Positions 39,754-54,100 of a stretch of 64,000 nucleotides of DNA are shown here, piece by piece. The notes beneath the pieces are model-generated. The model did not search any database. It had not been told where the DNA came from and saw only the letters and a list, made by a program, of their open reading frames with translations. Made by a program: the position numbers and the translations under genes. This DNA is from Iphione sp. A-MEVVRFRX5 (lineage: Eukaryota). Numbering within the stretch: position 1 is the stretch's first letter; every line of letters starts with the position of its first letter. Location of the stretch: the NCBI GenBank assembly GCA_976226885.1, contig OZ320318.1:72912001-72976000 (forward strand), in the 5' to 3' direction.

Positions 39754-42700
39754 TATTTTGAAGGGCCTTTTGTTGATAATCACAAGTTAGGATCCAAATC
39801 TCAGGTGACTTAGAATTAGCCAATGAGGGTTGTCTACTACTTAATGGAAATTGCATTGGAAGTGAAGATTCATGACACTCTCTATATAAAAATAATGATC
39901 CATTGTTCCAGTAATGCAGGTCTTTTGATTGGTTAATTGACGATAGTAAGAAACTGATTGGTAGAAATGAATAAAAGACTATAATTATAAGGCGCTGGTT
40001 ATGCCCTAATACATCTTGGAATCAAATTCTGGTGTGCATGTTGTTTATGTGATTTAAATTTTCAATATAAAAAAGGATCAGGGAGCACTCTTATGTGTCT
40101 GAAAGTTGTAACAGGAGCTCTGGTATGGCCTGATCTGCCCCACATCACCTATAAGTATAGCCCCTCGGCTCAAAGACATGGACATCATGTACGCACAGAT
40201 ACTCCAGCACCCTTTACTGCTTCCAAGGGCCTGATATGACCCCTAGGCAAGCCCAGTGCTGACAGTGTGACCAACTGTCAAAACAAAATGTAAACATTTA
40301 AGGTGCCTGATGAGACTACTATGTTGAACCCGTAAAACCCTGTTTTAACACATATATTAAGACAAATAATTGCCAGTCTAAAATAAAAGCCTTATTTTGT
40401 TTTCAATGACATCAAAATGGATATATAATAGTTACCACAATGCTCCATGTTGTTGCTTCTCCTCTCCCTGACAACTGGATTCCGTCCAACAGTCTCCCCC
40501 GGCGAAGGCGCCACTTGACACAGTAGCACTGCTGACACGTGCATTAGCCCCGTCTAGATCTATATATAACAATAAAAAATCGTTGTCATAAGGTAGATCC
40601 ATCCCATGGCACACAGTGTCAGTTTAAAAAAACAATAGATAATTTAGTGATTCAATATAATGTGAAACATCAATAAAAATGTTTATTCAATGTTAAATTT
40701 TGCTGTTGGAACTTGATTAATACGTTGGAGGGAAGCTAAGGATAATCACTTTGTGGAAAGCTCTTTCTTAATTGCAGTAGAAACACAGATTTGAAGCACT
40801 CAACCATTCTAAAAAATGCAAAAAGTACATGGCTATCGAGTCATATACACCCCCTAAGAAGAGGCTGCAGGTGAAATACACCGTGCTAGAGCAGATTTTT
40901 GTAAAGAAAGGGAGGACAACTTTTTTTCACAAGCCCTTCGATTGATTATGCAATAAGAAAGATATCATCAACACAATGTTTCCCCTAAACAAATTATTAT
41001 TTGAAGAGGTTTAAGATATTCATGTGTAATATTCATGATACATACAAAACTGCTCTGTTGGAAACAAAATGGAAGACCGCAACTATAAGCATATATTCTG
41101 AACTAATATCGCAAGGACATGCTACGTCCGGGAATCGTGATCTCCTAGTCTTTACATAGAAAGACTGATTAGTGCTTTAATTTTCGCTAGTCCAGCAAAG
41201 CTGATTGACAGTCAGTGAACTTCCTAAGGACTCCGCCATCAAGGGGCTTAATTCTCTAGACGGCTAAGAAGGAACTGAGGCAGATTTTAGGAATAGAGGC
41301 GTTCAGATAAATGTCATCCTCTTGCAAAGCAAGCTGCCTTTGATTTTTGATTAGAGCCGAACATCTACGCATGCGTTGTTCATGTAGTTAAACAATTATT
41401 AAATGCCATAATTAGACTCTCAGTAATCTCTATAATTCTGTTAATTTTTAAATGGAAATATGCCAACGGACTCCTAGTGAACAACTTGGAAGGAATGGAG
41501 CCATAGATAGTTGCGTGATAATTATTATGGGCTAAGTCACTGTCCATCTCAGGAGGCAACAACTTCCAACTTCGATGGCCAGTGGAAGAAAATATTTACC
41601 TATTGAATAGTAAGACAGATTTTTGTCTGCATTAAAAGGGGTCAAAATAAAATGCACAGAAGGGAGGGACTACAAAGCATAGGGGTGCGATTGACACAGG
41701 TAGTATTTGATATGTGTCTGGTTAATTGTTTTTTTTATATTATTAGCAATTCCAATAAATTGATGACATGTGTAGATTTGCTGTCGATTGATTTGAGATA
41801 ATGGGTAGAATTTAATACAAGATTTGCATGAAATTACAAATGTCAGCATCCCAATGTGCATATTGCTTGCAGATCCAGTACAGATTTTTTGCATCTGATG
41901 GCGGATGGCGGAAAGACCGAGAACCAATTTAAGGAATAGGAAAGAGAGGATATATTCTTGCAGGGCCTAGGCCAATTAAAACGTAGCCCAAGCGTAGAAG
42001 AGCGAGACAGAGGTTTGCAGGGACTTCGATGAAGCTAGTGCTGAGAATATATAGGAACAGGAACATTGGTAGCGGAGGGGGTGGTATGTGGGGATCATAG
42101 CAACAAAGAACTGCTTGTTACCTAGGTATTACCATAGAAAAAAATACATGTACCTCGGAGAGAAGCTGAATAATCAAAGGGGGCATAGAGGGCATAGAGG
42201 ACAGAGAGGACAGGGAATGATAAATCTTGGAGAGACGAGCATCAACTACTGCTTAGGGATGAGAGTCCCTGACTAGACAGCCAGACATACACTCACAGGG
42301 ACGGAGACTAATCGACCAGGTTATCCTACTAAAGTTTAAGATTGCCCGCGACATCTTTTTTCCCGCTTTCCTTGGCATCGACGCCTGGAGGCCAGGCCGT
42401 AGCATCCTGCTAGCAAGGTATGCGCAACGAGCAGCTCACGGTACGCCTTGATCAGCTCGATGAAAGACCTCATTGCCTTAATTTCTTCACCGAGCATGAA
42501 CTTGGCCCGGACATCATTTGGGTAATGCACCGGACCTCTAATTGAGCAAGAGATCGATGCCTGTCGAGACCATGACGCACATACTCAGCCTATCACCGAA
42601 TCTCGTTAGAGCTGCCGCAGCACATCTGGAAAAAACACTAGTGAAAGTAAACCTACTCATCCTCTAAATTTTGGCCAACATAAACTCTCCGGATCGAAAC

Positions 42701-43360
42701 GAGGACCGAGCTCTATTCCTATGATGAATAGAAAATCTCGACATATAAAAAAGCCCTGTAAACTGACAGTGATCTCTGCTATTCGACGTGCGGACTATTC
42801 TTATATCCTGCTGAGTCATTATGAATGATAACTCCATAAGTGTAGTTGTGTTTCCAAGACATGCGCCGAGTCCTGCTATTAAGGCTATAATTATCATGGT
42901 CAAACCTACATTTTTCCATTCTCAAGTTTTCGGTGAAAGTGTTTTAATGATTTCTAAATAGTGAACACCATTATCTGAACATCTTGAGGGTCCAGTTTTC
43001 GTCCCATGAAATGAGTTCCGCTAAGAAAGATGTACATTACACACACATCTGTATAAAACAAGAGAAATGGTTGCAACGGATGTTTTCCCTCTACATTTCA
43101 CACAGCCTAGACAACAATTGGTTGAAAAAACATTAAAATTTAGGTATTTCTCATTAGATTTATTATATGAATATAATTATAAGCATATCCAAAGAGCTCC
43201 TTCCAAAACTGCTGTTTGCTAGAGTAGCCAAATGCCCAATCATTGTAATGGAGTAATTGTAAAGTCGAGGTGATTAACCTGTAGCATATGGACATCAAAC
43301 CTTATCAGTAGGGGACCTGTTAAGTGGTCTTAACACATCCTCTTTGTATCCTTATAACGG

Positions 43361-44970
43361 TACACTCACAGCTACTCCCTCAAGGAGATACATCTGGAGG
43401 TACTTTATGTCCCATTGTTCTCACCATCAAAGAGGTAGGTGGCATAGGATAGATCGGACATGAGGCACTAGTAGAGCTACTCAAAGTCGCTCAACATCTC
43501 ATTATCATTCAAACAACAGGTTTACTACCCCCAAGCAAGGCAAGTGTGAATGACCAGCACACTCTGTCAGGGGTAAAGATTGTGCCTAACAAGGAGAGAC
43601 TTCCAACATCAACTCAGCAGGCTATTTTTCTTAGTTTTCACTAGTGTGGGGTAGAAGCATGATTGCAAACATTCTATATGGAACTGATCCCTGGCTAACT
43701 ATCACTCATAATGAGGGAACTTTACTTGATGTGAGATACCCAAGGCAGGCAGAACTGGAACATGCCTTTCTTGTGTTGTTCAACGGTGTATCATCATGAG
43801 AAACCATTATGTCTGATGATTATGAGCATAGAAAAAGCCAGATAATTCAGTTCCTAAATCAAAATAAAAAAGCACCGCTGGCTACAGTATTAGAAAGATA
43901 GGTCACATATCGAGTCACACACTCTTCATGGAGAGCTATCGTCAGGGATTAGGGAATTTGTGTCTGTGTCGCAGCTGGCTTTAACATTGTCTTGACATTG
44001 CAGACATCTGGCTTTAAAATAGTTTCGACATTGAAGATATCTACAGTGTGGTTGAGGCAGCGATGTCGTACCGTTTGAAGCCCTCAGGTACCCCTTGCAA
44101 CCCAACCAGTCAAAGAGGAAAAGTGATTCAAGGACCAGGCAGGATTAGTTCTTTGCACCAATGCTAAAAGTGTGGGCAAGGTGAAGCCTTGTGATAGCCA
44201 AGGCTGCAAACCCTGGTTGCTTTGGGCGGAATTTCATTCTAAAATATTCTGGATATAAACACGAAACTCAAGGCTTGGACAAGTCTGCTTTGCAGTACTG
44301 AATGTAAAAGCATAAGCCACGGCAAAGTCTGTTCTTTTACTATCTAATAATACTAGCTCTCATAGTGCGACCAGATGTAACCACGCTGAAGTGCCCTACC
44401 TCGCCCCCAAAACGATGCTTTATCTCTAACATTGAATAAATTATTCTCTCCTCACAGGCTCGCTAGCGAAAACACCTTATATGACATTTGCTAAAATGTG
44501 TTGACAGAACGATCAGATGGTAGGGGATCCGAGGCATGAAATTTAGATGGTGCACACATAATGGGATGCTGTAACATAGTGAAAGTGATTAAGTCCTGGG
44601 AACATAATGATATTATACCAAAGGAGGAAGTTCATCTACAACAGAGACTGGTGAATTTGATCTGCCCTTGCAACATTTTAGTGAGTTGTTTAGAACTCTT
44701 ACATCTAATCCTGACTGTGAAATAATGAGAGCCACCAAGTGTGGTGAGGCAAACAAGGATGTGCCAGACACTCAGAAACTGGACGACAGCATCTTAGAGT
44801 TTAGCACTGCAAGGGATTCACAGGCACCAAAAGCGGAGTCTGATACAGACGACAAAAAATATTCCCCATATCAACCTCTCAGGTACCTTAAGAATAGTAT
44901 GGACACACTGCCATCATATTCCTTGAAGATCAGGGGACGGCAGACAGAATCAAATACATGTAGTATATAG
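43361..44970 (+). pseudogene. Decayed intronless ORF resembling a G2E3-like HECT E3-ligase domain
   Basis: Long near-open frames broken by isolated stops: GGIG*IGHEALVELLKVAQH..GLLPPSKASVNDQHTLSGVKIV, ANILYGTDPW..DVRYP..RKSQIIQFL, MESYRQGLGNL...EDIYSVV..KPSG..QRGKVIQ and ..EFDLPLQHFSELF. The order matches my recollection of G2E3-type HECT motifs (GGP.REFF, Y.VYG, LEQF.EGL..L, L.LP..H). Manual comparison only. Confidence 0.4.
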
Positions 44971-47139
44971 CCATCCGAAAACAGGGAGGTCTGCAATACA
45001 TTGTTGTATTCTTCCGGAAACAATATTCACTTGCAAATAGATTTCCTTTAGACCATATGAACTTGTATAGTCTAATAAAAGTACCTTTAGTATCTCAATA
45101 TGACTCCCTGTTATCTTTCAGTACAATTGATTTAAGGATGATTAATAATATTAGCTGCATTATGATTCATAAAGGTTTTTTCATGACTACGATATGTCGA
45201 TTTCCTATAACCACTGTCTTATTTCACACGGAACTACATGAGTTCATAAATAAGAAAACATATTTTCTCAATATGCATATCTATAAAAGAATTCGAGATT
45301 GGTAAGATTCACCCAGTGTGTAACTGGCAACTTCACACCCAATGGAACATTGTCGATTATTGAGGTGTTGTCAATTTATGCAGGAGGTGTGCACAAGTAG
45401 GTTAGATGGTTTGTTAAAGAGATTTTCTTAAAGAAATGACACAATTGATACAATCATGTGTAGATATGTGGTCAGTGTCTGCAGCAAGTTTCCACAAGTA
45501 AGCTTGATGGTTTGCAGAAATGGCAAAGTTTACACAAAATGTGTTATTTTCCGATAGTCGTGTAAAAAACACAGTGTTTTAGAACTATACACTCAAGGAG
45601 ACCCAAGCATGCACATACCCGTCCATGGATATTTAGTCTGTATTCCGTGAAAAAACATCGTTTATTCCTATATAAATGTGACACAACTACTTTCCATAAA
45701 TATATACGAAGACTGTAGATACATGCCGTAGATACATGATGAACACAATACATTGTTACAGAACAAAATACTGGAACGTAGATATCGCGCATACTTTATC
45801 ATACATAGACGGAAAGGTAAGGATAGGAAGCTGTTATAAATTAGGGTATAGTTTACTTGCTTAGTATAGATGGAAAAGTAAGTAATAGTATAACAGAAAT
45901 CTGTCAGTGCATGTGGTTCATTAACGATATATTTTTTGTGTCTCTGTTTGTCAGAGGGATTTCATTAGTGTCGACAGCTTTACAATGAAAGTTGCGGTAC
46001 TATGTAGGACCGGGTGTTCCATAACCACAACTCTCATTGAAAGTAGAGGCACATGCCGCAATTGTGTTTGTACGTATTGCCGCATGTTTGTGCAGTTTGT
46101 ATTGCAAGATGTCGAAATAGGCCATAGGACAACTGATATACAGACTGCAACCATCGAAATATTTTTGGAAAAAAAAGTATCATCAGCCTGTATGAAACTC
46201 AGTCGGTTTAAATAGAGATTGCATTAGCGATATTTGACAGGTCCAGTCATCCCTGTGAACCTACTGTAGAAACTCGCCTATGGGCACTAAAACTAGGAGG
46301 CCAACTAGGAATTAAGGAGACCAGAATAATGAAAAGCTTTATGGAAACGATTTTCAGCACAACTGAGGTCTCTCATACGAAAAAGGCATGTAGCGTTGTC
46401 TAGAGTTATTAGCTATAAAATCCATCGCGCAACTTCTACCGATCTCTTGCAACGGAAACCAAGATATGTGGCATATAACGATGATTTTTTTTTTTAAATG
46501 TTTGTGTTTCTAGGTCAGAAAATTTTTATATTCTCATCTCCGCCAAGTCCGAATAAGTTACCCTGATACGAAGGAGATGTTCATTTCAAAACATTTCGTC
46601 AACTTTATTTTACGGAGATGACAGTAAAAGAAGAATTGCAGTCAGATTGCTTGTCCCACAAGACGGCAGTCAATGCCATTTTCTGCCATGAAAGCCACTC
46701 GTCAGCTCTCGAACTGCCAGGAATTCTGACGCATTAAACTTTTCACTGGAATAAAAATAAGTCATTGGTACCTCAATAAATCATATTTATCACAGGGGAA
46801 TTGACACATCCTCAAGGAGGTATTTTATCCATAGACAGGTCAAGATCGAATATCCAACAGCCAAATCTACTGATTCCACAGGAGATGACTATAGCAAAGT
46901 GGTACTTGCAGAATTCAGAAAGTATAAAGGAGATACGTGTAAGAGAGTCTGGAAAAGACGAGCAATAAAACGCTAGCAAAAAATGATCTTTTTGCACGAA
47001 GACCAAACATACCACTTACATTGATCTTATAGGTAGCCAATAATTGTTTCCTCTATTAGTGGCTAACAAATAGTCATAGGATTAGTGTACGCGACTCCGT
47101 GTATGGCAGCTAGGTAAATAAAGCCTGAGATCAGTATCT

Positions 47140-47520
47140 TTTGGACTAGAAAGAAAGTCTAACGTACCTTGATAAAGAAGGATATAGAGGGTAGTAGTAT
47201 TGCTGTGTTTGTGTGAGACCTATTGCAAAGCTGGCTCAGTTTGGTTGCACTGAATAGACGACGTACAACACCACAATTTTGCTTAATGGATGGTGATAGA
47301 TATATTGTCCGCTTCAATGTGTAGCCAACAGGAGTAACTTAAAGGCCTCTAATGTGATCATACCAGTAAAGTTCCTGGCATGAAAGTGAAGCTTTGTGGA
47401 TTAAGGTTCCTCAGAAATAGGATTGATGTGCCGAGAACTTTGTTGAAGCTTTCAGGTGTCACACACATAGAGTGAACCACTCGTGTTCATTGTCAAAATG
47501 GAACTGCAGAGGCATATGAG
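47140..47520 (-). mobile_element. Decayed Helitron/PIF1-like helicase C-terminal fragment
   Basis: Minus strand: KVLGTSILFLRNLNPQ...GTLLV (47397-47423 core) resembles LKVG.P.MLLRNL.P..GLCNGTRL.V. It is followed in order by IYLSPS..VVRRLF, ASFAI and YVRLSF, resembling LSPS..RRQFP, LAFAM and LYVALSR. Frameshifted. Confidence 0.5.
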
Positions 47521-50500
47521 GTTAGTGTAAAGATACTGATCTTTAATCCAATAAAGCCACGGGCAGTTAGCTGCCACCGCCCAGCACACTACCTCCACTC
47601 GCACACGGCTCAATATAGTGAGACATTTCACAGGGCTCTAATTGAAAACATGTAGCCCCTGCCCCTGGCCATAGGTCAAAGTAAAATCAAATAGATGTTA
47701 TCAGGATCAAGATACCATCAGACTGTAATCAGTTGCTATGGCGTAAAGAATCTTTTTGCACTTAAGGTTTTGCCCCTTAACTAAAGCGTGCTTTTCTGCA
47801 TAAGAGATAATGCACAGGCAGAAATAAGGACTTGTGCTAGGTGCTAGATATTGACCGGTTATTAAGCCAGCCATCACCTTGCTGTAAGAGTTGGCTCAGG
47901 CCCACTGTTCCATTCTGACTACTTAAGGGTCCTTACGGCTGTGAAGGAGCAGTGGGAACCACACAGGTGGTGTTAGCCCAAGGAACTCAACGTCTACCAA
48001 GAGACTGCTTTGTATGTTGCATCTATGCAATGTATGCAGTTACCCTCTCTCCGTTCCCCCACCTGTTTGTCACAGTATGTGCGTTTGGAGCCAGCTTTGT
48101 CTGGCGCCTTCAGGGCGATGTCGTCACAAAACCTTAACCTTCAGCATGAAAATCTAAGAAAATCACCTCCGGCAATAAACTAACAGAAAGGACCCACCCG
48201 CAGGCGGGCATACATAAGGTATGAGTCTTGAACTGCGCGAGGAGACTGGCATCCGACTAGTGTCGTCCCGCCGGCTTCTGGAGGAACGGACCAAAAGGGA
48301 AATTAGAAATTAGCATTTAAGCCGGCCGCTGAGAGGTTCGTCGGGCCGGCAATGCCAAGGAAGAACACTTAGTTAGCCACCTGCTTGTGCTCGTTAGGCG
48401 AGGCAAATGGTGTGTTTCATCCGTTTGTTGCCAGGGTCGTCTCTCACGACTAGCTCGGTGCATCCCGGGCCAAATGGGACTGGATAATTGCCTTCGTAAA
48501 CGTGGGCGACAATTGGAACAGGGCCGGCGACTAGGGTCAGTCCAAGGTCACGACGGCTGCAGGAGTGACACGTACCCTGGTATTCTACGGGGAACTACTC
48601 GGGGGGATCAGGTTGAAAGAAAGACATATTGTGTGGAGAGGAGCGGCGTGGGAGGAAAACCGGCATCCAGAGGGAGGATAGAGTAGTGAGCGAGTGGGAT
48701 GGGAAAGCAAAAGTCGGTAAGGCAGAAATAATTGAGACGCAATACGACTCACAAGGGCGAATAAGTATGAGGCAGCGGCGATGCAAAGTAAAAGCCTCGC
48801 TGAAGGTCGCCTGATGTAGGTCGGCAAAACATCGATTCATATCATTTTAAGGGCTATGGTTACCCTGGGCATAAAGGACTATAATCCCCTGGTGGGGATT
48901 AGGTATTGACTTGGCTGCAAAATGCCAGCAACGTTTTACAAGCATCAGCCTTCCATACTTCCAAATGTAATTGTGGTTGGTGAGTGGCAGGGAGTCTCTT
49001 GCAGAGACATCCACCCGAAAGTTGCTGCTAGATATAAAAAAACAACAATTAGTAGAGAGACAAACCAAAAAAATAATTTCTCTAAATATTTATTCCTGTA
49101 GGGCTGATCCCATTTCATTACCGTTGACAATGGACAGGAATCTTTTTTTTTCAAATGCGATTTGGTACACATAGAATATTTCTTCTTCTTCACTCCACTT
49201 CCCCATGTACTTCTCCCGAAACATCCAAAGTGCCCTAAGAGAGACGCACACGGAGCTTATTACAACTGACCTGGCCGAGGGCCTGGCATTTGCCTGGCAG
49301 GGCCTCCCGAGCCCTGAAAACACAGGGCGCGGGGCCCGATTGACAGACGACTGGACAACTAAAGGGCAAAGGGTACGCCTTGACAAATGCCTCTTTTCGC
49401 CCCGGGCGCTGCCCAACAAGGTCCTCTATGCGCATACCAAACGATGCCTCGTCATCCCGTGCGCCGTTGACGGAAACGCACCGGCCTGATCGCTCCTAAT
49501 CCCCGTTGCCCGTTTCCCAGGCCGCTCCTAAGACCTTGCAAAGCCCTCCGGTGCCGTGGCGACGGCGAGACGGACGGGCGATGATCGCAGCGAAGGGACA
49601 AGGATGGACGAATGGGGATCAGTGAATCACCCAATAGTTGGCCTTGGATGCGGAGGTGGGTGGGGGGTTGATGAAGGGGTGGGGGTGAGGGAGCAACCTG
49701 TGGACCGGATACGAGCTGAGGAATGGTGTGTAGGAGGTAGGGCGGATAGGAGAGAGAACCAAGCCGAAAGATGGTCTCGTACGAGTTAAGGGCATGTGGC
49801 ATTACCATGGTCGAGGACTGGTGGGTTTGGAAGAACCTTTAACGGGACGATGGACATTGGGGCTGCGGCGGGAGCTAAGTATCTGTGCGCGATGAAAGGC
49901 TATTATGGGTACGCAAGTCGTAGGTGCGGAGACAGCTAGTAGCCCTTGAGAGTCCACGTATTGCTGTCCTTCCATATATTTTGATCATGAGCAAGGAGAA
50001 AGAGAGTTGAGAGTTTCATCCACCTGAGGATTGGTGCATACACTCATTTAGCAAGTCTGTGCTGCTTAATCATATCCTTGTGCTCTGATACTAATTATGT
50101 TTTTCCCCAAATAAATAAGGCAAATAGAAGTAAGGCTTTTCTACTAACGACGTATTTATATATATAAATGTCATATGAGCATTTTATTTTATGACAGTAT
50201 AAGAGAGGAACATTCCGTTGATATGTTTCCATTAAAACGCGGTTTCCTTGGTACGTTAGCTATACATGGGCAATCTCGGCTGGCTTCGCAGAAAAAAGGT
50301 GTGTTTGCCTCTCCCTCAAAAGAATTGTGAAAGGTGTTAGGGAGAGAGGAAGAGTGGTTCCGTCAAAGAGGGGGTGGGCTACAATTATCAGTGGGCCTGG
50401 CAATGACAATCGACTAAGCGTTATCAGATTGGCCCCACAGGAGCCAATTATTATTGCCTTTTGGCCAGCGATTGTTCTGTGATAGTTCTCGGACGCAGCA

Positions 50501-50585
50501 TGCAAGGATTGTAGGGTGCCAAAATATCCTGCGGTGCTCAGCGGATCGGACCAACTGCACGGCGTGAAGCAATTTAAAGGTGGTA

Positions 50586-51198
50586 CAGTGGAGTCTCTAT
50601 TTCCGACCAGTCGTAGGATCCGACCCAAAATGGTCGGAATAGCAAGTTTGGTCTGAAATCGATTGGATATGTGGTAGAGTCATTATTTATAGATCAATAC
50701 TCAATGATAGTTCAATAAATTATCCCTCCCCCCTCGATTAGCATACAAAACGTCAAAAAAGTTTAATTTGATGAGTAAGAGTAAAAAAAGTGCTGAATTT
50801 GAGGAGTAAGAGTCCTAAAAGTGGTGATTTTCAGGTGTGAGGGGCATCAGAGTGCTAGGTCATGGTTGATGCTCCCGGTCTCTCCCGACCAGCCCTTCCA
50901 GGGTGTGAGGTACATCAGCGAGATCGGCATTGACGCCCCCGGTCTCTCCCAATCACTGTTTCAATCATTATCTCAGGTGTAAGAGACATCAGACAGGTCG
51001 GAAATCGATAGTAAAATAAACTAGAATTGATCTTTCATCGATTGGTCATAGGGTGGAAATGGTCGCAATGCAATTTGGTTGGTAATCGGTAACCGATCAT
51101 ATTGATTATGTATAAACAAAATTTCTGTTCAGAAGTCAAATGGTCAGTATAGCCCATTTGGTCGGAAATCACAGAGGTTGGTAATAGAGACTTCACTG
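50586..51198. mobile_element. Tc1/mariner (pogo/Tigger-like) non-autonomous element, 613 bp
   Basis: 23-bp TIRs CAGTGGAGTCTCTATTTCCGACC and CAGTGAAGTCTCTATTACCAACC (3 mismatches), with TA on both flanks and ggtcggaa subterminal repeats. Confidence 0.85.
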
Positions 51199-54100
51199 TA
51201 CTTGAGCCTGTACCCACCCCCGCATACAATTCAGCAGCTGTATTGGAAACAATGACGAGAGCCATGAGCAGCCTAACTGCCACATCTTAGAGGCACATTT
51301 GAGCAGTTGAGTAACATTTTAGTGATTACATCAGATGCATGATTCTACCTCTTGTACCCAATCAGTGACTCTATCGGAAGTGCATAGAATTCTCCATATC
51401 TTAGGCAGTGAATAGTGCAACGCGTTGGCTATGTGATCATATCCAAGGACTCTTTCACAGGTGCCTGAAATACTCGATAAGTGTGACTCGGGCCTCTGAG
51501 CCAAAGGTTCCATTGAAGAGAAGTTGGTTTTTACTGATCGAGCCAGTGCAACTTGTGCAGGGGCTGCATCTTTAAGCAAACAATTCAGGGGCTGTGCCTG
51601 AGGTGGTATTCCTATCCAAAAGAAATTAAGTACATGCAACCTTATCTGATGTAGTGACCAAAGGCGGAAATACTCGTCTCCTCTTTGATTGGTCTTGTTT
51701 TTTTTTGACCGAAAACTAAGCTGATGTGAAAACTCCCGTCAAGTTTGATACAAATATTTGTTCTGAAAAAGTTTTCACGAGTAATTGTACCTACAGGTTG
51801 AAAATAGGCACGATTTTATTAGCATCATTCATAGACGTTCCTAACCTGTGCATTTACACAAACCTATATGCAGATAATATATTTATTTCGGATAAAAAAT
51901 ATTTCAGTTTAATGCAGATTGTACTCGAAAGCCTGAAAGGCCTGTTCGTGATGCTTATAGAGGAACGTATTGTCCCAGACTGACTATTTATATCAAGCTG
52001 GATGAGAAGCCCTTCAGGTGGCGATGAACTATTTATTTGATCCAATATTCAATGTTGTTTATAGGGGATCATATTCATTATAGACCAGCCAGCCTAAAAC
52101 ACCATACTAACTTTTCTACACTGGAGAGTAACGCAAGACATGAGAACATGGCAGAACGACGGGAACGCGTCCCACGTTGTACAATTAGCCGAGTCATAGG
52201 AAGTCAATTGCTGGTCGGGAGGCCATAAAAAAAACCGGGAGAGGACATACTGAAAGACGTGCGTCACACTATTCATATCTGCCCGTCAGTGTATAGCAGA
52301 GCACCAAGCCCGAGAACAGCAAATTGAAGTTGAAATCCAAGTCGGACTGTGCGGAGGACGAGCCAATGAGGATTGACATGAATGCCTCATGCACGACAGA
52401 ATAAGGACGTGTGGTGTGAAATTACTTTCGATTATCTTGTCATTTGACAGTTAGCAACACTTCCCTCCCTTCTATTATCTCTCAGCTAGAATACTGGCAG
52501 GCCGATTCGAAGTCCGAAAATTGGTTTTTTATAGGAGTAACGCTGTTGTGAGTGTATTGCCAATTCAGGGGGCGTTAACGTGAGTCGCAATTCATTTCCC
52601 TACCTGCAAAAGTCCAACATTAAAATGAAGTACATGTATAACATACACATCTACAGTGTTATATAAAACAATAGATCACTCAGGTAAAGTTAGAAGGAAT
52701 ACTTATTTAGTTTGGAAAGAGAAAAACGGAACAGAGCTACACAGAAAAGACGAATATAGTACGATAAGAGGACAGACAACGTCCACTGGCATGAGATTAG
52801 AACAGACAAACAGATGACTACTGGGCCTATCCGAGATGACCTTCTGCTGCACTTGTCACACTCAATAACGCGCAAATGGCATTGTTCCAAGGTGACTTTA
52901 CAGGTCACGCTCGTCAGCAAGGTTCACTTTGATTATTCGACCTTGAATCCCATTTGGTTCCTCCTCCTAAGTCCCCTAGGGAGATGGACCAGTGCTGAGC
53001 CGCATGCACACTGAGCAAGGGGCAAAGATAGACATACGGACAGGCGACCGGTGCAACTTCACGAGGAGCTCAGGAGCAGCTGTCTGTGCTGCCTTGTCAG
53101 ACATGGCAGCCCCCGAAGCCCTCGCCTTTACATAGCCTTCCACCCACACTAGTCCACAGGATCCTGGGCCGGTCAGCCTCATGGAAGGCCCCACCTTGTC
53201 TCGGGCGGTCCCCAAGGGGGAGCAGACGCTTGGTAGGAGCTGGGTTTGGGGACACTAGCTCACATAGCGCACATTGACCCCCGTCTCCTGTGCCAACGTA
53301 CCCTCCCCCTTCTGAAAGCCCAGGAGAACTGCCCTTCAGACTACTGGGCGAAGACCGGACGATCCAGCACGGCCCATATGTAGGGAGGGTTGCTATGCCA
53401 ACCTGACTTTGACCTCTGGAGAATGACAAGGGTAAAGTAAGCATGTCAATTTGACTGCAACCCCTTGTGGCCCCTTTCTCAGGGAGGAAGTCCGTCTTTA
53501 TTTATGTTATCCTATATTGAATCGGTGAAAGAGGAGAAAATTATTCAGTTAATTATGCACACCCCTTTTTACATATATCTCTCCTATGAGTGGGTCCAAG
53601 AGGACATAACCGTGCGTAGAAGCGTAATTTATACCCCCGTTCTTCGCCGTTACGCCTGCAGTCGGCTTTGTAATAAGGATCTTTGGCGACACAGAGAGAA
53701 GACAGCCCGATCCATTCCAGTTTAGGCAGGAGAACCAAGATGCATCTTGAAACAACTGTTACAGTCCACAGAGACCTCTAGTCGATGCAAGAGTCAGATA
53801 TTAGACAATAGCTGGGGCGGAGCCAAACAGAAAGGAACAAACTTAAGGGAAGTTAGAAGAAAAGTGTTGTCTCAACAATCGAAGCCTGTTAACATTCTCC
53901 AGCCGTTCGTCTGATAAGACTTTTTCTAAAGAGGCAATTGCCTGCCTGATATATTGATCAGGAAGTTTTTTTTATCCAAACTGGGAATCTCTCTACGGGG
54001 TGGCTGATAACATAGTCCCATGTACTCGTCGCCTGGAAGCATGAAATTCCAATGACTAAGGTTTCGTTTTTTAATCAATAAGAAAACAACAATATCAGGG

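Noticed and set aside
40826-40930. VHGYRVIYTPKK, similar to an FN3 strand
   Set aside because: No good acceptor and the rest of the domain is absent.
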